Positions 1 through 10,356 of a stretch of DNA of 53,758 nt are shown in pieces. Numbering within the stretch: the first letter of the stretch is position 1; the number at the start of each line of letters is the position of its first letter. Source of the stretch: Methanomicrobiales archaeon (lineage in GTDB: Archaea; Halobacteriota; Methanomicrobia; Methanomicrobiales; Methanospirillaceae); NCBI GenBank assembly GCA_037137755.1, contig JBAXJR010000015.1, forward strand, positions 1 through 53,758, in the 5' to 3' direction. The notes under the pieces were generated by a model. The model was not told the origin of the DNA. It made no database searches and saw only the letters and a program-made list of their open reading frames with translations. The position numbers and the translations under genes were made by a program.

Positions 1-75
1 CCTCTTTCTCACGCGTAAGTACTGGTATAATTATTTCATGCTAGTTTAAGTACTTTCAGCATGAGGTAGCATGGG

Positions 76-921
76 ATGAAGGTTATCAGTACGGAGTATT
101 CGCAGATTCTTGGTGCAAGAATCTCACAACTGCTTGGTGTGGGCCTTGTAGACGTAAAGTTCTCGAAATTTCCCGACGGGGAATTGTATCTGAGGACGGG
201 AGCCCTTGATGACGAACTGGTAATCGTGGGCTCGGTTACAGGGAGCGATGCACTCGTCCAGCTGCTCCTTCTTATCGATGCATGCAGCGAATCGAAAAGC
301 CGGCTCGTAATTCCTTACATGGGATATGCCAGGCAGGACAAACAATTCCACCACGGGGAACCATTAAGTGCCCGTGCAATCGCCAGGGCAGTAGCAAAGA
401 GTGTCAGTTGTGTCTATACGGTGAATATTCATGATGAAGACGTCCTCAGGCATTTCGGCCTCCCAACGGTCAATGTCTCCCTGGGGAAAGATATTGGAAC
501 GTATCTCAAGTCAGAATTTTCAAATCCCATCATCCTTGCACCTGATGATGGGGCCCGTTATTTCGCCGAACAAATCGCAGAATCAGGTAACTGGGAATTT
601 GACCAGCTGGAAAAAACACGGATATCCGGGGAATCGGTACGGATGGACCCTAAGAGCCTTCGGACTGCGGGAAGGGATGTGGTAATCGTGGATGATATCA
701 TCTCCACGGGTGGGACTATTGCTGCGGCTGCCGGAATGCTGTACGAACAGGGGGCTAAAAGTGTACACGCTGCCTGCGTCCACGGGGTGTTTACCGGTGG
801 CGCCTACACCCACCTCGCTGCAGCGGGCATTAAATCGGTTATTTGCAGTGATACCATCGAGAGAGCCTGTAGTGAGGTATCAGCTGCTGGAATTGTATCG
901 AAGGCACTTTCAGAATGTTAA
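76..921 (+). CDS. prs: Ribose-phosphate pyrophosphokinase
   Basis: FPDGE, PYMGYARQDK, APDDGA and the PRPP-binding VDDIISTGGT motifs. Confidence 0.95.
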   Translation: MKVISTEYSQILGARISQLLGVGLVDVKFSKFPDGELYLRTGALDDELVIVGSVTGSDALVQLLLLIDACSESKSRLVIPYMGYARQDKQFHHGEPLSARAIARAVAKSVSCVYTVNIHDEDVLRHFGLPTVNVSLGKDIGTYLKSEFSNPIILAPDDGARYFAEQIAESGNWEFDQLEKTRISGESVRMDPKSLRTAGRDVVIVDDIISTGGTIAAAAGMLYEQGAKSVHAACVHGVFTGGAYTHLAAAGIKSVICSDTIERACSEVSAAGIVSKALSEC

Positions 922-1910
922 CCATAGACGGGTCGGTCCTTGAAGGCGGAGGCCAGATTGTCCGTACTGCAGTTGCGCTGTCCGCGATCACCGGGACACC
1001 TGTCACGATTAATGCCATTCGGGCCCGGAGAGAGAGGCCAGGCCTAAGGCCACAACATATTGCGGCAATAGAAGCAGTAGCAAAAGCATGCCGTGCCCGT
1101 TGCGAGGGTCTTGTTACCGGCAGTAACCGGGTGGTATTTATACCCGGAGATCCTGTCCGGGAGGACATCCACATAGATATTGGCACTGCCGGTAGTATAC
1201 CCCTGGTCATCCAGGCATGGCTACCGGTTGCACTCCAGGTTGGGGGAACGGTCACTATTTCTGGGGGGACTGAGGTTGAAAACAGCCCGACAATCGACTA
1301 TGTACAGCACCTCCACATGAATTTCCTCGAACAACATGGTGCTGATTTGGTCATGACTATCAATAATCGTGGGTATTATCCGAAAGGCGGGGGGCGGGTA
1401 AGGCTGGAAGTCAAAAAACCCGTCGAATTAAATCCATTTAATCACATAAGACCCGGAACGCCGGAACCTGATATTTTCTCCTGTTCTTCACACCTGCCCC
1501 CGCATGTTGCAGAAAGGCAGGCAGAATCCGCGAGGAGATACCTAGGAGTTATTGGTGATTCAGTTCGCATCCATAACGATATCAGGCCCGGACCTGGCAC
1601 AGGGAGTTCAATCACCGTGATATGCGGTTGGAAAGGATCTTCCGCAATTGGCAGGAGAGGGTTTCCGGCGGAAAAAGTAGGAGAGAAGGCAGCCGGACTG
1701 CTGCTTGAGGAACTCAAAAAACCGGGTATCATCGACTCACATCTTGCAGATCAACTGCTCGTCTATCTCGCCCAGTATGGAGGAATTTATAAAGCCACGG
1801 AATGTTCATTACACGCCCGTACCGTGTGTTTTGTCCTTGACCGGTTCGGGTACCATGTAAAAATGGAACAAAATGGGGGGCTGTTTTCTGCATATGATAC
1901 CTGTCCTTGA
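915..1910 (+). CDS. rtcA: RNA 3'-terminal phosphate cyclase
   Basis: IDGSVLEGGGQIVRTA, PGLRPQH, RGYYPKGGG and DSHLADQL motifs. Confidence 0.95.
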   Translation: MLTIDGSVLEGGGQIVRTAVALSAITGTPVTINAIRARRERPGLRPQHIAAIEAVAKACRARCEGLVTGSNRVVFIPGDPVREDIHIDIGTAGSIPLVIQAWLPVALQVGGTVTISGGTEVENSPTIDYVQHLHMNFLEQHGADLVMTINNRGYYPKGGGRVRLEVKKPVELNPFNHIRPGTPEPDIFSCSSHLPPHVAERQAESARRYLGVIGDSVRIHNDIRPGPGTGSSITVICGWKGSSAIGRRGFPAEKVGEKAAGLLLEELKKPGIIDSHLADQLLVYLAQYGGIYKATECSLHARTVCFVLDRFGYHVKMEQNGGLFSAYDTCP

Positions 1911-2349
1911 TTCCTCTGTATTTTTTTCAGATTTTCCCGTTGAGTTACCAGCCTATACAACTCATTCAGTTGTGGCAGAGCTCATAGACCTGCGTTCAAA
2001 ATGCCGTTACGAAGTATTCCTCGCATCAGGCCTGGTTGTAAAGCAACCGGACCCGGAATACCTTGTACGTGTAAAAGAGGCTGCGGGAAGGACAGGAGAT
2101 GTGTCAGTCCTGTCATTGACTGATTTTGACCTCTTGTCCCTCGCTCTCGAACTTAATGGAACGATTATCACTGATGATTTTGCAGTTCAGAATGTCGCGC
2201 GGAAACTTGGGGTAACAACCATGCCGATTCACCAGCGATCTGCGCGAGCGAGGGTCTGGAAATTCCGCTGCTCGGGATGCGGGCGTTACTATCCAAAGAC
2301 CGGGGAATGTCCTGTCTGCGGTTCACTCATCAAAAGAAAACTTAAATAG
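1894..2349 (+). CDS. nob1: NOB1-family PIN endonuclease with C-terminal Zn ribbon
   Basis: [24 protein letters not shown]...CPVCG; ATG at 1894 fits better than 1873. Confidence 0.9.
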   Translation: MIPVLDSSVFFSDFPVELPAYTTHSVVAELIDLRSKCRYEVFLASGLVVKQPDPEYLVRVKEAAGRTGDVSVLSLTDFDLLSLALELNGTIITDDFAVQNVARKLGVTTMPIHQRSARARVWKFRCSGCGRYYPKTGECPVCGSLIKRKLK

Positions 2350-2369
2350 ATGGCTGGTTACCTCTGTTC

Positions 2370-2990
2370 ATGTCTTCCCTCGAAGAGCTGATCAGAAAGG
2401 CAAAAGAACTCCTCTCTGAAGGCCATAGTCCGGGTCAGATCGCAGATGAACTTTCACTCTCAATGGAGACCGTCACATGGCTCCTCACGCAGGCGAAAGG
2501 TGCAGACATACCAAAAGATGTGCACATTGACTGGACCAGCGTAAGCAGTGAAGCGTCGCTTCTTACCGCGGTAGCCGGAATGATGCTCACAAGGCTCCAG
2601 TGCGCCCATGGGATTTTAACCGGCTGTTCGTGTGAATCAGAGGACCAGCCGGCTGTGATTGTAGGGATCGCTCTGTCGGGGATCCCCCTTGCGACCCTAA
2701 TGGCCGCATCGCTAGAGGCGAAACTTGCGATTTACCACCCGGTAAAACAGAGTTCAAGCGAAAAACCGATCGGGTCTATCAGCGGTAATTTTGCCACCGT
2801 CAAAGGTGAATCATGCATTATCGTTGACGATGTTATCACGTCCGGGAATACCATGAGGGAGATGGTTAAATACTTAAGAAAACATGGGGCAACCCCAACC
2901 GCAATCCTCGTTATATTTGACAAGCGCGGTATCAGTGATATCGACGGAGTCCCGGTGTACAGTCTCTTCAAAATCTCGCGTATCGACTGA
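2370..2990 (+). CDS. gfcR: PyrE-like protein with N-terminal HTH (GfcR-type regulator)
   Basis: N-terminal HTH ([18 protein letters not shown]), APKD-like IPKDVHIDW and the PRTase motif IVDDVITSG. Confidence 0.8.
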   Translation: MSSLEELIRKAKELLSEGHSPGQIADELSLSMETVTWLLTQAKGADIPKDVHIDWTSVSSEASLLTAVAGMMLTRLQCAHGILTGCSCESEDQPAVIVGIALSGIPLATLMAASLEAKLAIYHPVKQSSSEKPIGSISGNFATVKGESCIIVDDVITSGNTMREMVKYLRKHGATPTAILVIFDKRGISDIDGVPVYSLFKISRID

Positions 2991-3025
2991 CAGGAGAACA
3001 CACCGGATCCCCATATAGAATCACT

Positions 3026-3046
3026 TATATAGAAGTTCAATTCCAT
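3026..3046 (+). promoter_or_regulatory. TATA box plus putative heat-shock element of the thermosome gene
   Basis: TATATAGAA-gtt-CAATtCcAT; the same pattern occurs upstream of grpE. Confidence 0.6.
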
Positions 3047-3072
3047 CTTTTTACCACATTGGAGGGTTCACT

Positions 3073-4665
3073 ATGTTAGCCGGACAACAGATTATAATTC
3101 TTAGACAAGATGTAGAGCGAAATCGTGGCCAGGAGGCCCAGCGCTCCAATATCGTTGCAGCAAAGGCCATTGCAGGTGCCGTAAGGACAACACTCGGCCC
3201 ACGGGGAATGGACAAAATGCTGGTCAGTTCTACAGGCGATGTGGTGATCACAAACGACGGTGCCACTATCCTGCAGGAGATCTCAGTGCAGCACCCCGGT
3301 GCCAAGATGGTCATCGAGGTAGCAAAGGCACAGGACGATGAGGTAGGCGACGGGACGACAACCGCCGTAGTACTTGTCGGTGCACTGATGGAACAGGCAG
3401 AGATGATGCTCGCCAAGAAAATCCACCCGACCGTCATAGCCCAGGGTTACAGGTTAGGGATGGAAAAAGCCCTTGAAATCTTAAAAGACCTCTCAGTCAA
3501 GGTTGATCCCTTTGACAGGAAGACACTGTTGAAGATAGCCGATACGGCGATGACAGGAAAATCCATCGAGTCGGTAAAGGGAAAACTTGACGGTATTGTC
3601 GTTGATGCAGTCATGGCAATCGCAGAAAAATCCGGCAATAAAGTACTGGCCGATGAAGATAATGTCATGATCAAGAAGCAGAAAGGCGCCTCTATGGACG
3701 ATGCCGAATTGATCAAGGGTATCGTTATCGATAAGAAGCGTGTCAACGAGGCAATGCCAAAGCGGATCAAGAAGGCAAAGGTCGCACTTGTCGCCAGTCC
3801 TTTCGAGATCAAAAAGACGCAGGTCAAGGCCAAGATCAAGATCACTTCCAGCGATCAGATGGATGCATTCGGCCTCCAGGAACGCGAGACACTGAAGAAA
3901 CTTTCAGATGCGGTAATCTCGAGCGGGGCAAATGTACTCCTCTGCCAGAAAGGAATTGCGGACCCGATCCAGTTCTACCTTGCAAAGGCAGGCGTCCTCG
4001 CAGTCGAAGACGTTGCTGAAAGCGACATGAAAAATGCAGCCAGGGCACTTGGTGCCTCGGTCGTCAATAAGGCAGAAGACCTTGTACCTGGTGTGCTCGG
4101 CTCTGCAGAACTTGTTGAAGAATCAGACGACATCGATATCATCAGGATCGAAGGGTGCAAGAACCCAAAGACAACCACCATTCTCCTCCGGGGGACCTCA
4201 GACTACCTCCTCGATGAACTCGAGCGTGCAGTCGTAGACGGCACCCGCGTAGTTATGGACACCATGGAAGATGCTAGTTTCGTGGTTGGAGGAGGGGCTG
4301 TCGAGACAGAACTCGTCCTGAGGATCCGCGATTATGCATCAACCGTCGGGGGACGGGTGCAACTCGCAATTGAGGCATATGCAGCTTCCTTTGAAGTAAT
4401 CCCACTCACTCTCGCAGAAAACTCAGGTTACAACATGATTGATAAACTTGTCAACCTGAAAAATGCCCATGCAAAGGGGCAGAAAAATGCAGGTCTGAAT
4501 GTGTATAACGGCGAAATCATCGATATGTTAAAAGAGGGAGTCATCGAACCATCCCGGTCAAAGCGCCAGTCAATCCAGAGTTCGGCAGAGTCCGCGATCA
4601 TGCTCATACGGGTGGATGACATGATGATTACCCAGAACAGGGCTCCCGGCGGCGGAATGCATTAA
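3073..4665 (+). CDS. ths: Thermosome (group II chaperonin) subunit
   Basis: [27 protein letters not shown] and GGGAVE motifs. Confidence 0.97.
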   Translation: MLAGQQIIILRQDVERNRGQEAQRSNIVAAKAIAGAVRTTLGPRGMDKMLVSSTGDVVITNDGATILQEISVQHPGAKMVIEVAKAQDDEVGDGTTTAVVLVGALMEQAEMMLAKKIHPTVIAQGYRLGMEKALEILKDLSVKVDPFDRKTLLKIADTAMTGKSIESVKGKLDGIVVDAVMAIAEKSGNKVLADEDNVMIKKQKGASMDDAELIKGIVIDKKRVNEAMPKRIKKAKVALVASPFEIKKTQVKAKIKITSSDQMDAFGLQERETLKKLSDAVISSGANVLLCQKGIADPIQFYLAKAGVLAVEDVAESDMKNAARALGASVVNKAEDLVPGVLGSAELVEESDDIDIIRIEGCKNPKTTTILLRGTSDYLLDELERAVVDGTRVVMDTMEDASFVVGGGAVETELVLRIRDYASTVGGRVQLAIEAYAASFEVIPLTLAENSGYNMIDKLVNLKNAHAKGQKNAGLNVYNGEIIDMLKEGVIEPSRSKRQSIQSSAESAIMLIRVDDMMITQNRAPGGGMH

Positions 4666-4811
4666 TCTGAATAAAAGCATGAGGATTAACCCCCTCTTTT
4701 AATATTTTATTATTATCGCGGATTAATCACCGGGGATTATCAGTATTGCAGGATAATTATTCCGATATCCTTATACGAAATCCGGTAAAAAATATCACAC
4801 CAATTTTTGTT

Positions 4812-4896
4812 GCCGAGGTAGTCTAGTCCGGGAAGGCGGTAGCCTCGAAAGCTACTGGCGCCCTGCGCCTCGGGAGTTCAAATCTCCCCCTCGGCG
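4812..4896 (+). tRNA. tRNA-Ser(CGA), intronless, CCA not encoded
   Basis: Acceptor stem GCCGAGG/CCTCGGC+G, anticodon arm GTAGC-CT-CGA-AA-GCTAC, long variable arm, GTTCAAATC T-loop, followed by a T-run. Confidence 0.97.
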
Positions 4897-4902
4897 TTTT
4901 TG

Positions 4903-5697
4903 TTATTTCCCTTTTGCTCCCTCAAAGAGTGGGCAGTTCGTTACGCAGAGGCTGCAGCGTATCGTTGCCATTCTGGCGATCCACGGGGCAAAAGGGGCGG
5001 CACATTTCAGTAAAAACTGCCTTCCCAACATCCATTTCACAACCGCGACAAGGAACGGAGGCACCCATACCCTCACGGTCCGGCACCGGAATGCATCGAC
5101 ACCGTCAGGCTGAAATGCACCTCCCGGGCAGACTTTTAAGCAACGGTTACACCCGGTACAGAACCCGGGACTAGGAGTTGCTGTACTGACCGGTGTATTA
5201 TCGCCAGGCCCATATTCCGAAACCGGCTGGTTTGTAACCACACCAAGTAACAACAATCGTGGGCCATACCGTGGAGAGAGAAGTACGGAGCTTTTTCCTA
5301 TCGATCCCAACCCACCGGCTTCTGCGATATTCTTTAACCGGACGACTCCATGCACCCGCCCATCCTGGACCCTGACAGGAAGGTAGAGCGGAACTGGCAG
5401 GGCAGGTATGCCATCCATATTCAGGAGCCGGGCGAGACGTTTAGCAGAATTATCCAGTTCCCCGGCAATCCGCAGCATCACCCGGGTTTGTTCTCGTGGT
5501 GTCATCCGGTAAGCCTGGACTGGGACCTCCTTTCCGAACACGATTACAGATCGCGCGGAAGGTAACATCTGCAGTGCATCGCTCCGGTCCGCTTCCGGAA
5601 GGTTCGCAACATTGACTTCGGAGGAAACATCAATTCCTTCCCCGTCAAAAAAAGTCTTTAGATCCAATACTATTACTCCGCATACCTCATTCGACAA
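4903..5697 (-). CDS. QueG/reductive-dehalogenase-like Fe-S (probable cobamide) oxidoreductase
   Basis: LPSARSVIV, AEAGGLGSIGKSSVLLSPRYGPRL, CxxCxxCxxxCP and CxxCxxxCP. Confidence 0.8.
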   Translation of the reverse strand: MSNEVCGVIVLDLKTFFDGEGIDVSSEVNVANLPEADRSDALQMLPSARSVIVFGKEVPVQAYRMTPREQTRVMLRIAGELDNSAKRLARLLNMDGIPALPVPLYLPVRVQDGRVHGVVRLKNIAEAGGLGSIGKSSVLLSPRYGPRLLLLGVVTNQPVSEYGPGDNTPVSTATPSPGFCTGCNRCLKVCPGGAFQPDGVDAFRCRTVRVWVPPFLVAVVKWMLGRQFLLKCAAPFAPWIARMATIRCSLCVTNCPLFEGAKGK

Positions 5698-5757
5698 GGT
5701 TACTATTCAGTTTAGCTACGCCCTGAAAGAAAAAATACAGGAAAATATAATGAAGGT

Positions 5758-5979
5758 TTACCAGTGTGCAACAGGGATCAGGCACCGGATACCCTGTTTT
5801 GGGATTACTTCACGCATTTGTATAGTAGTTATGGATTTATCTGACCCGTAGATGGTCAGAACGGGCGTTTGTTTCTCCCCGGTTTTATGCAGTACATATG
5901 AATAGGTCGATGCCGCACTCACTCCCCCGATGCAGAGCATCAGCACCAGGAATATAATTGCGATATGGAAAGGTTTCAT
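5758..5979 (-). CDS. Small secreted hypothetical protein, possibly truncated
   Basis: Clear signal peptide MKPFHIAIIFLVLMLCIGGVSA followed by only ~50 residues. Confidence 0.5.
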   Translation of the reverse strand: MKPFHIAIIFLVLMLCIGGVSAASTYSYVLHKTGEKQTPVLTIYGSDKSITTIQMREVIPKQGIRCLIPVAHW

Positions 5980-6340
5980 TTCATTTCCCTATTGGTTCTG
6001 ATGGTAATTAAATATGGGATAGATATTTTTATCCCAAGCAGACCTGTGAGGGCAATCAGGATCATTTCCTGCCGGAACCGGAAATTTCCGTGTTGCTTCA
6101 GGATTAATTATATATAACTGCTTTAACTACCACATTAAAGATGTACTATATGCATCTTACCAGGTCAATTATCACTCGTCCGGTACGGGATGTACTTGGT
6201 AAGCGGCTGCTGTTTTTTGTACATTAACAAGATACCTTAGCAACCATAATTCTCGCCCAAAACGGGCAGAATCTCAACATTACTCGAATATTTCGTTTAA
6301 AATTCATCATCGTTTACATTCGCGATCACGAGGAATACCA

Positions 6341-6799
6341 GTGTCTGCAAAAATTAAGGACAGTACCAATGAATGGTTTAGCCATTTCGCAGGGACGTCA
6401 CTCATCTATGGTATCATGGAGAACGTTATAAGTGGAAAAGACAGGGAAGAAAGGATCAGGGGGGTGAAATTACTTGGAGAACGGGGAGATCCGAGGGCTG
6501 TAGTAACCCTTATGAACTGTTGTGAGGATAAGGACCCGGATATCAGGATTCAGGCAATTGACGCCCTTTCAAGGTTGAAAAGCGGGAGATCAGTCCCTAC
6601 ACTCATTGAACACCTGGATAATGAAAATGAGTTGCCCGAAGCACGCCAAAAAGCTGCCATGGCTCTGGCAGTAATCCATAGTTACAGCGCGGTCGAGTGC
6701 CTTATGGAACATGTGAATAATGAAAAGGAGGACCCGTCTTTGCGGGAATACATCGCCATACTCGTTGGAGGAAGAGAATCCGGTATCGGGGCCAGGTAA
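6341..6799 (+). CDS. HEAT/PBS-lyase repeat protein
   Basis: Repeats LGERGDPRAVVTL / LSRLKSGRSVPTL / LAVIHSYSAVECL; the true start may be ATG 6416. Confidence 0.8.
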   Translation: MSAKIKDSTNEWFSHFAGTSLIYGIMENVISGKDREERIRGVKLLGERGDPRAVVTLMNCCEDKDPDIRIQAIDALSRLKSGRSVPTLIEHLDNENELPEARQKAAMALAVIHSYSAVECLMEHVNNEKEDPSLREYIAILVGGRESGIGAR

Positions 6800-6931
6800 A
6801 AAGCAGCATAGTCCTTATACGGGAAGAATTTCCCGTCAATCCAAACGGATACATTTTATTCTTTACAGGTTCATCCAATTCTACCTGTCACGTTAACCTG
6901 GGCGGCGGAATTCCTTTGAGAGGACCGAAAT

Positions 6932-6990
6932 ATGGTAAAGTTCACATTATTGACGATGCAGCATTCCAGCGCAAGATCCTTTCAAATAAT
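6932..6990 (+). pseudogene. CheY-like receiver N-terminal remnant
   Basis: ATG GTA AAG, then a frameshift into VHIIDDAAFQRKILSN; purine-rich GAGAGGA upstream. Confidence 0.55.
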
Positions 6991-7065
6991 GACACACCAT
7001 CATCGTTTTTCCGGACTTTCAGGGGTTTCAAGCTGACAGAGAGGCCCTTTTAAAAAATAGTTCCC

Positions 7066-7905
7066 GTGTGCCAGACGATTAAAAAAGCTGAACCCCTGTT
7101 ATTTTTAACGGACCCCTTGCAGTCCGGGCGGTCCATTCAAAAAAATAACATACCGGAAAGTCACATAATTCATCATACATTTGTCGCGGTGATCGTTGTT
7201 TCTCTTATCCCGATACCTTTCCAGATAATCGCACTAACGCAGGAAAGGAACAGCCTTTTTGAGTACCCGCAAGACCGCCTTGTCAGTATCATCAGAGAAC
7301 TCGGGTTCCGGTGTACCAGCTGCGCACGTTGCTGTACCCATGAATTCAATGGCCACGTTTTTTTACTCGATCGCGACGTAACAGCGGTTAAGACAATCGA
7401 TCCCGGTGCCCTGGAACCTGCCCCGTACCCTGAGTTCTGTGACCAGAACGGGGTTTTTTATGTATCAGGTTATGCATTGCGTACGAAGGGTGATGCTCCC
7501 GGGTCCTGCTGGTTCCTGGAAAACGGCCGGTGCCGGATTTACGATCAACGGTTCTCCATCTGCCGGATATACCCCTACATGCTCCACAGGGAACCCGATG
7601 AAATGGGGAGAATCGACTGGAGACAGCTATCAGGACTCAATGAACACGGGGACTATCACCATGATATTCCCATGGAGGAAGGCCTCACCCTTGCCCGTGA
7701 GATAAAAGAGTATGAAAATGCTATCCTGACCCAGGAGATATCTTTCCTGGAATGTATACAGGATTATTTTGCAAAGCACAATCTCCGGCATGTGCAGAAA
7801 GTGTACGACGACCGCATGAGACGATTTTCAAGGGGGGAACCCGTCACCGTCATGGTATATTCTGCAGGAGAGTTGGAAGAGAACCACCTGGTAAAACCCG
7901 GTTGA
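7066..7905 (+). CDS. YkgJ/UPF0153 cysteine-cluster protein
   Basis: FRCTSCARCC ... CWFL ... CRIYDQRFSICRIYP; the true start is probably downstream of 7066. Confidence 0.88.
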   Translation: MCQTIKKAEPLLFLTDPLQSGRSIQKNNIPESHIIHHTFVAVIVVSLIPIPFQIIALTQERNSLFEYPQDRLVSIIRELGFRCTSCARCCTHEFNGHVFLLDRDVTAVKTIDPGALEPAPYPEFCDQNGVFYVSGYALRTKGDAPGSCWFLENGRCRIYDQRFSICRIYPYMLHREPDEMGRIDWRQLSGLNEHGDYHHDIPMEEGLTLAREIKEYENAILTQEISFLECIQDYFAKHNLRHVQKVYDDRMRRFSRGEPVTVMVYSAGELEENHLVKPG

Positions 7906-8138
7906 CCCAGGGGTTACGGGAACTGGTTATGAACTTGAGTTTCCGGCAGCCGGGCACTTCATCTTTAAGCTATCTATTCAGCGCAAATGTGCGTAATGGG
8001 CGGGAGAACCCGGGTTCATCTACTTCGTAATTTCAGGTAGTTTTTCCTGCAAATTTTGGTAGCAGACAAAATGTTCCATTGAACTTAGATTTTTCTGAAT
8101 ATGCAAGGTACGGTTGAATGATCGTTTTTCTTTCCCTG

Positions 8139-8438
8139 TCAGGACCCGTCATCTTCCATGTCACTATCTTCCCGGGGAATCACGGCAATTTCCCACCCTT
8201 CTTCATCGAATACCAGGGTCCCTTCCCCGTTACACTGCGGGCATCCCATTGTAGGGCTTTCACCGCACTCCGCTGCAACCAGTGCTTCGTCCTTGTCTGA
8301 TTCCAGTCGTTCTGTCTTTGCATGGACATGAAAATGGCGTCTGGCCGCATCAGTTTTGAGTGCTTTACAAATCTCAAAATGTTCATTCGCGACAATGCCA
8401 GTACCTTTACAACGCCTGCATGTGAGTATGATTGTCAT
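8139..8438 (-). CDS. Small Zn-finger protein with two CxxCxGxG motifs
   Basis: CRRCKGTG and CPQCNGEG; acidic C-terminal tail. Confidence 0.75.
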   Translation of the reverse strand: MTIILTCRRCKGTGIVANEHFEICKALKTDAARRHFHVHAKTERLESDKDEALVAAECGESPTMGCPQCNGEGTLVFDEEGWEIAVIPREDSDMEDDGS

Positions 8439-8607
8439 GTATCAGGTCTTATTATAGATTATACTCATGATTATTCAATTTTCCCAAGTCTTTTGTGGGA
8501 ATGTGAACCATACAACGGGTATGGGTATATCCTCACGGACCAATAATTCTGACTGCTCTCCCGGGTTAAAGGGAAACCTGTTATATGACCTGGACAGACT
8601 GGATTGT

Positions 8608-9106
8608 ATGAAAATCAAGGCCATTATCCAACTATTACTTACCCTTTTCGTCCTGCTGCTCGCTGCAGGGTGTCGCCCAGGCACCGGCACAGACACCAGC
8701 TACGGTCACCCCAACGGTGCCGTTAACAGTCCCGACACCACAGGTGACCCCCGCACCAACCAAAATAATTGTTCCTACCTTAACTCCGGGCGTTGTCCAG
8801 ACCCTCCCGGAAGAATATGCTGTTGAAGTCCAGGTTGCAAGCAATGGGAACCCGGTCGACCCGAAAATAATTACCACCTTCCGGGGAGGAAGGGGCATCA
8901 ACTTTATCACACAGGTAGAAGTTGTAAATAACCGGGGAGATGGGACCACTGAAACCGCTAACAAGAGCCGGCCGAATGTAGGCGATACCTTAGAATTAGC
9001 ATCATCAGGACGAGACAATGACCGTATTTCGGTATACGTTACAATTTCCAACGGCCAGAAATACCTGATATTTGACCAGGCAGTTGCCTTGAAGCAACGG
9101 GGTTAA
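8608..9106 (+). pseudogene. Lipoprotein gene with a frameshift just after the lipobox
   Basis: MKIKAIIQLLLTLFVLLLAAGC (8608-8673), then the Pro/Thr linker AQAPAQTPATVTPTVP... continues in another frame from 8675 into ORF 8717..9106. Confidence 0.75.
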
Positions 9107-9227
9107 CACCCCCCTGACCCGATATTTTCCGGTATTACAGTCTCCGGATGATCTCAAAATAAGGGACCTGTATAGCACCTGAATTGAACATAAAGGAAAC
9201 CATTTTTCACTTATTTTTAGTTGATAA

Positions 9228-9626
9228 TCAGGGAACTTTGATTCCGATGCCTTCAAAGACTGCGACCAGACGGTCGCCGGCAGAAACAGTTACCCTGTAG
9301 AGTGAGCACAGATCATTCCCTGAAATACGTTCTGCAATTGCTTCAAGATGCCCGCTTGCCGGGCTGATATACTGTATTGTTGCGGATAGCGCTACCTGCC
9401 GTTCTCCACCCATGTTCGCAGCAATACCAAAGGCATGGTCTGCGAGCGTAAAAACTGCACCACCATGAGCAACCCCGTTGGGACCTGCTTTCCCTTCGGT
9501 GATCATCGCGACCCTGACACCGTGGTCCCACACTTCCGAAACACTCATTCCAAGGAGCTGGGCAAATTCACACAAATTAAAAGAGTCAATAATCTCCTGT
9601 TTTATGGGTATTCCAGCCGGTTTCAT
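9228..9626 (-). CDS. PaaI-family hotdog-fold thioesterase
   Basis: GVAHGGAVFTLADHAFGIAAN motif. Confidence 0.9.
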   Translation of the reverse strand: MKPAGIPIKQEIIDSFNLCEFAQLLGMSVSEVWDHGVRVAMITEGKAGPNGVAHGGAVFTLADHAFGIAANMGGERQVALSATIQYISPASGHLEAIAERISGNDLCSLYRVTVSAGDRLVAVFEGIGIKVP

Positions 9627-9657
9627 CTGTTACTCAAGGAATTACGACCTGGAATAC

Positions 9658-10356
9658 CTACTTGTATTCCCTCTTCGTATAGTTGTGCTTATCAGAAGAC
9701 CCCCCGTGGGCAACGATGTAGAGCCATTCATAAAGGGATTTAAGCGTCCCATACTGCTGGTACCGGCGCATGGAGAACCCCACCCTGACCTGGTTGGAAA
9801 ACTTTACCTTCCCAAGTTTTCGCATGCGCCGGGCAATCTCAAGATCGTCACCGGCATCAACCGTCCTGTACATACCAGCTTTTATGAATGCGTCCCGGTC
9901 AAATGCGGTATTACATCCGAGAGTGTAATAGAGAGCCCCTGTATAGTAACCGATTCTCGCAAACGTATTTGCGAAGAAAAGAGATATACGGTTTTTTATA
10001 CCCTCCTCAATTGGATCGACGGGGCCGTAGAGCTGGACAATTGGTTTTTTTGAAAACTCGGCCTGGATATTTTCCAGCCAGTCCCCGGGTAGTATACAAT
10101 CGGCATCGGTGGTAGCGATTATGTCCCCCCTTGACCTCATAACCCCGTCATTCCGTGCTCCTCCCACTTTCTTACTTGTCTGGACGAAAACAAGGTTTGC
10201 ATAACGCTCTGCAATTTCCCTCGTATGATCTTTTGAATTGCCATCCACAACAATAATCTCGTATTCGTCCCTTGGAATTGTCTGTTTTTGCAGGGATTCC
10301 AGACACCGGGCGATATTTGCCTCCTCGTTATAGGAGGGAATTATTACAGAAATCAT
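9658..10356 (-). CDS. Glycosyltransferase family 2
   Basis: ISVIIPSYNEE, VVDGNSKD, ARNDG and the TDAD DxD motif. Confidence 0.93.
   Translation of the reverse strand: MISVIIPSYNEEANIARCLESLQKQTIPRDEYEIIVVDGNSKDHTREIAERYANLVFVQTSKKVGGARNDGVMRSRGDIIATTDADCILPGDWLENIQAEFSKKPIVQLYGPVDPIEEGIKNRISLFFANTFARIGYYTGALYYTLGCNTAFDRDAFIKAGMYRTVDAGDDLEIARRMRKLGKVKFSNQVRVGFSMRRYQQYGTLKSLYEWLYIVAHGGSSDKHNYTKREYK

Noticed and set aside
4870-9200. Integrated provirus or element at tRNA-Ser
   Set aside because: No integrase, viral genes or att duplication seen
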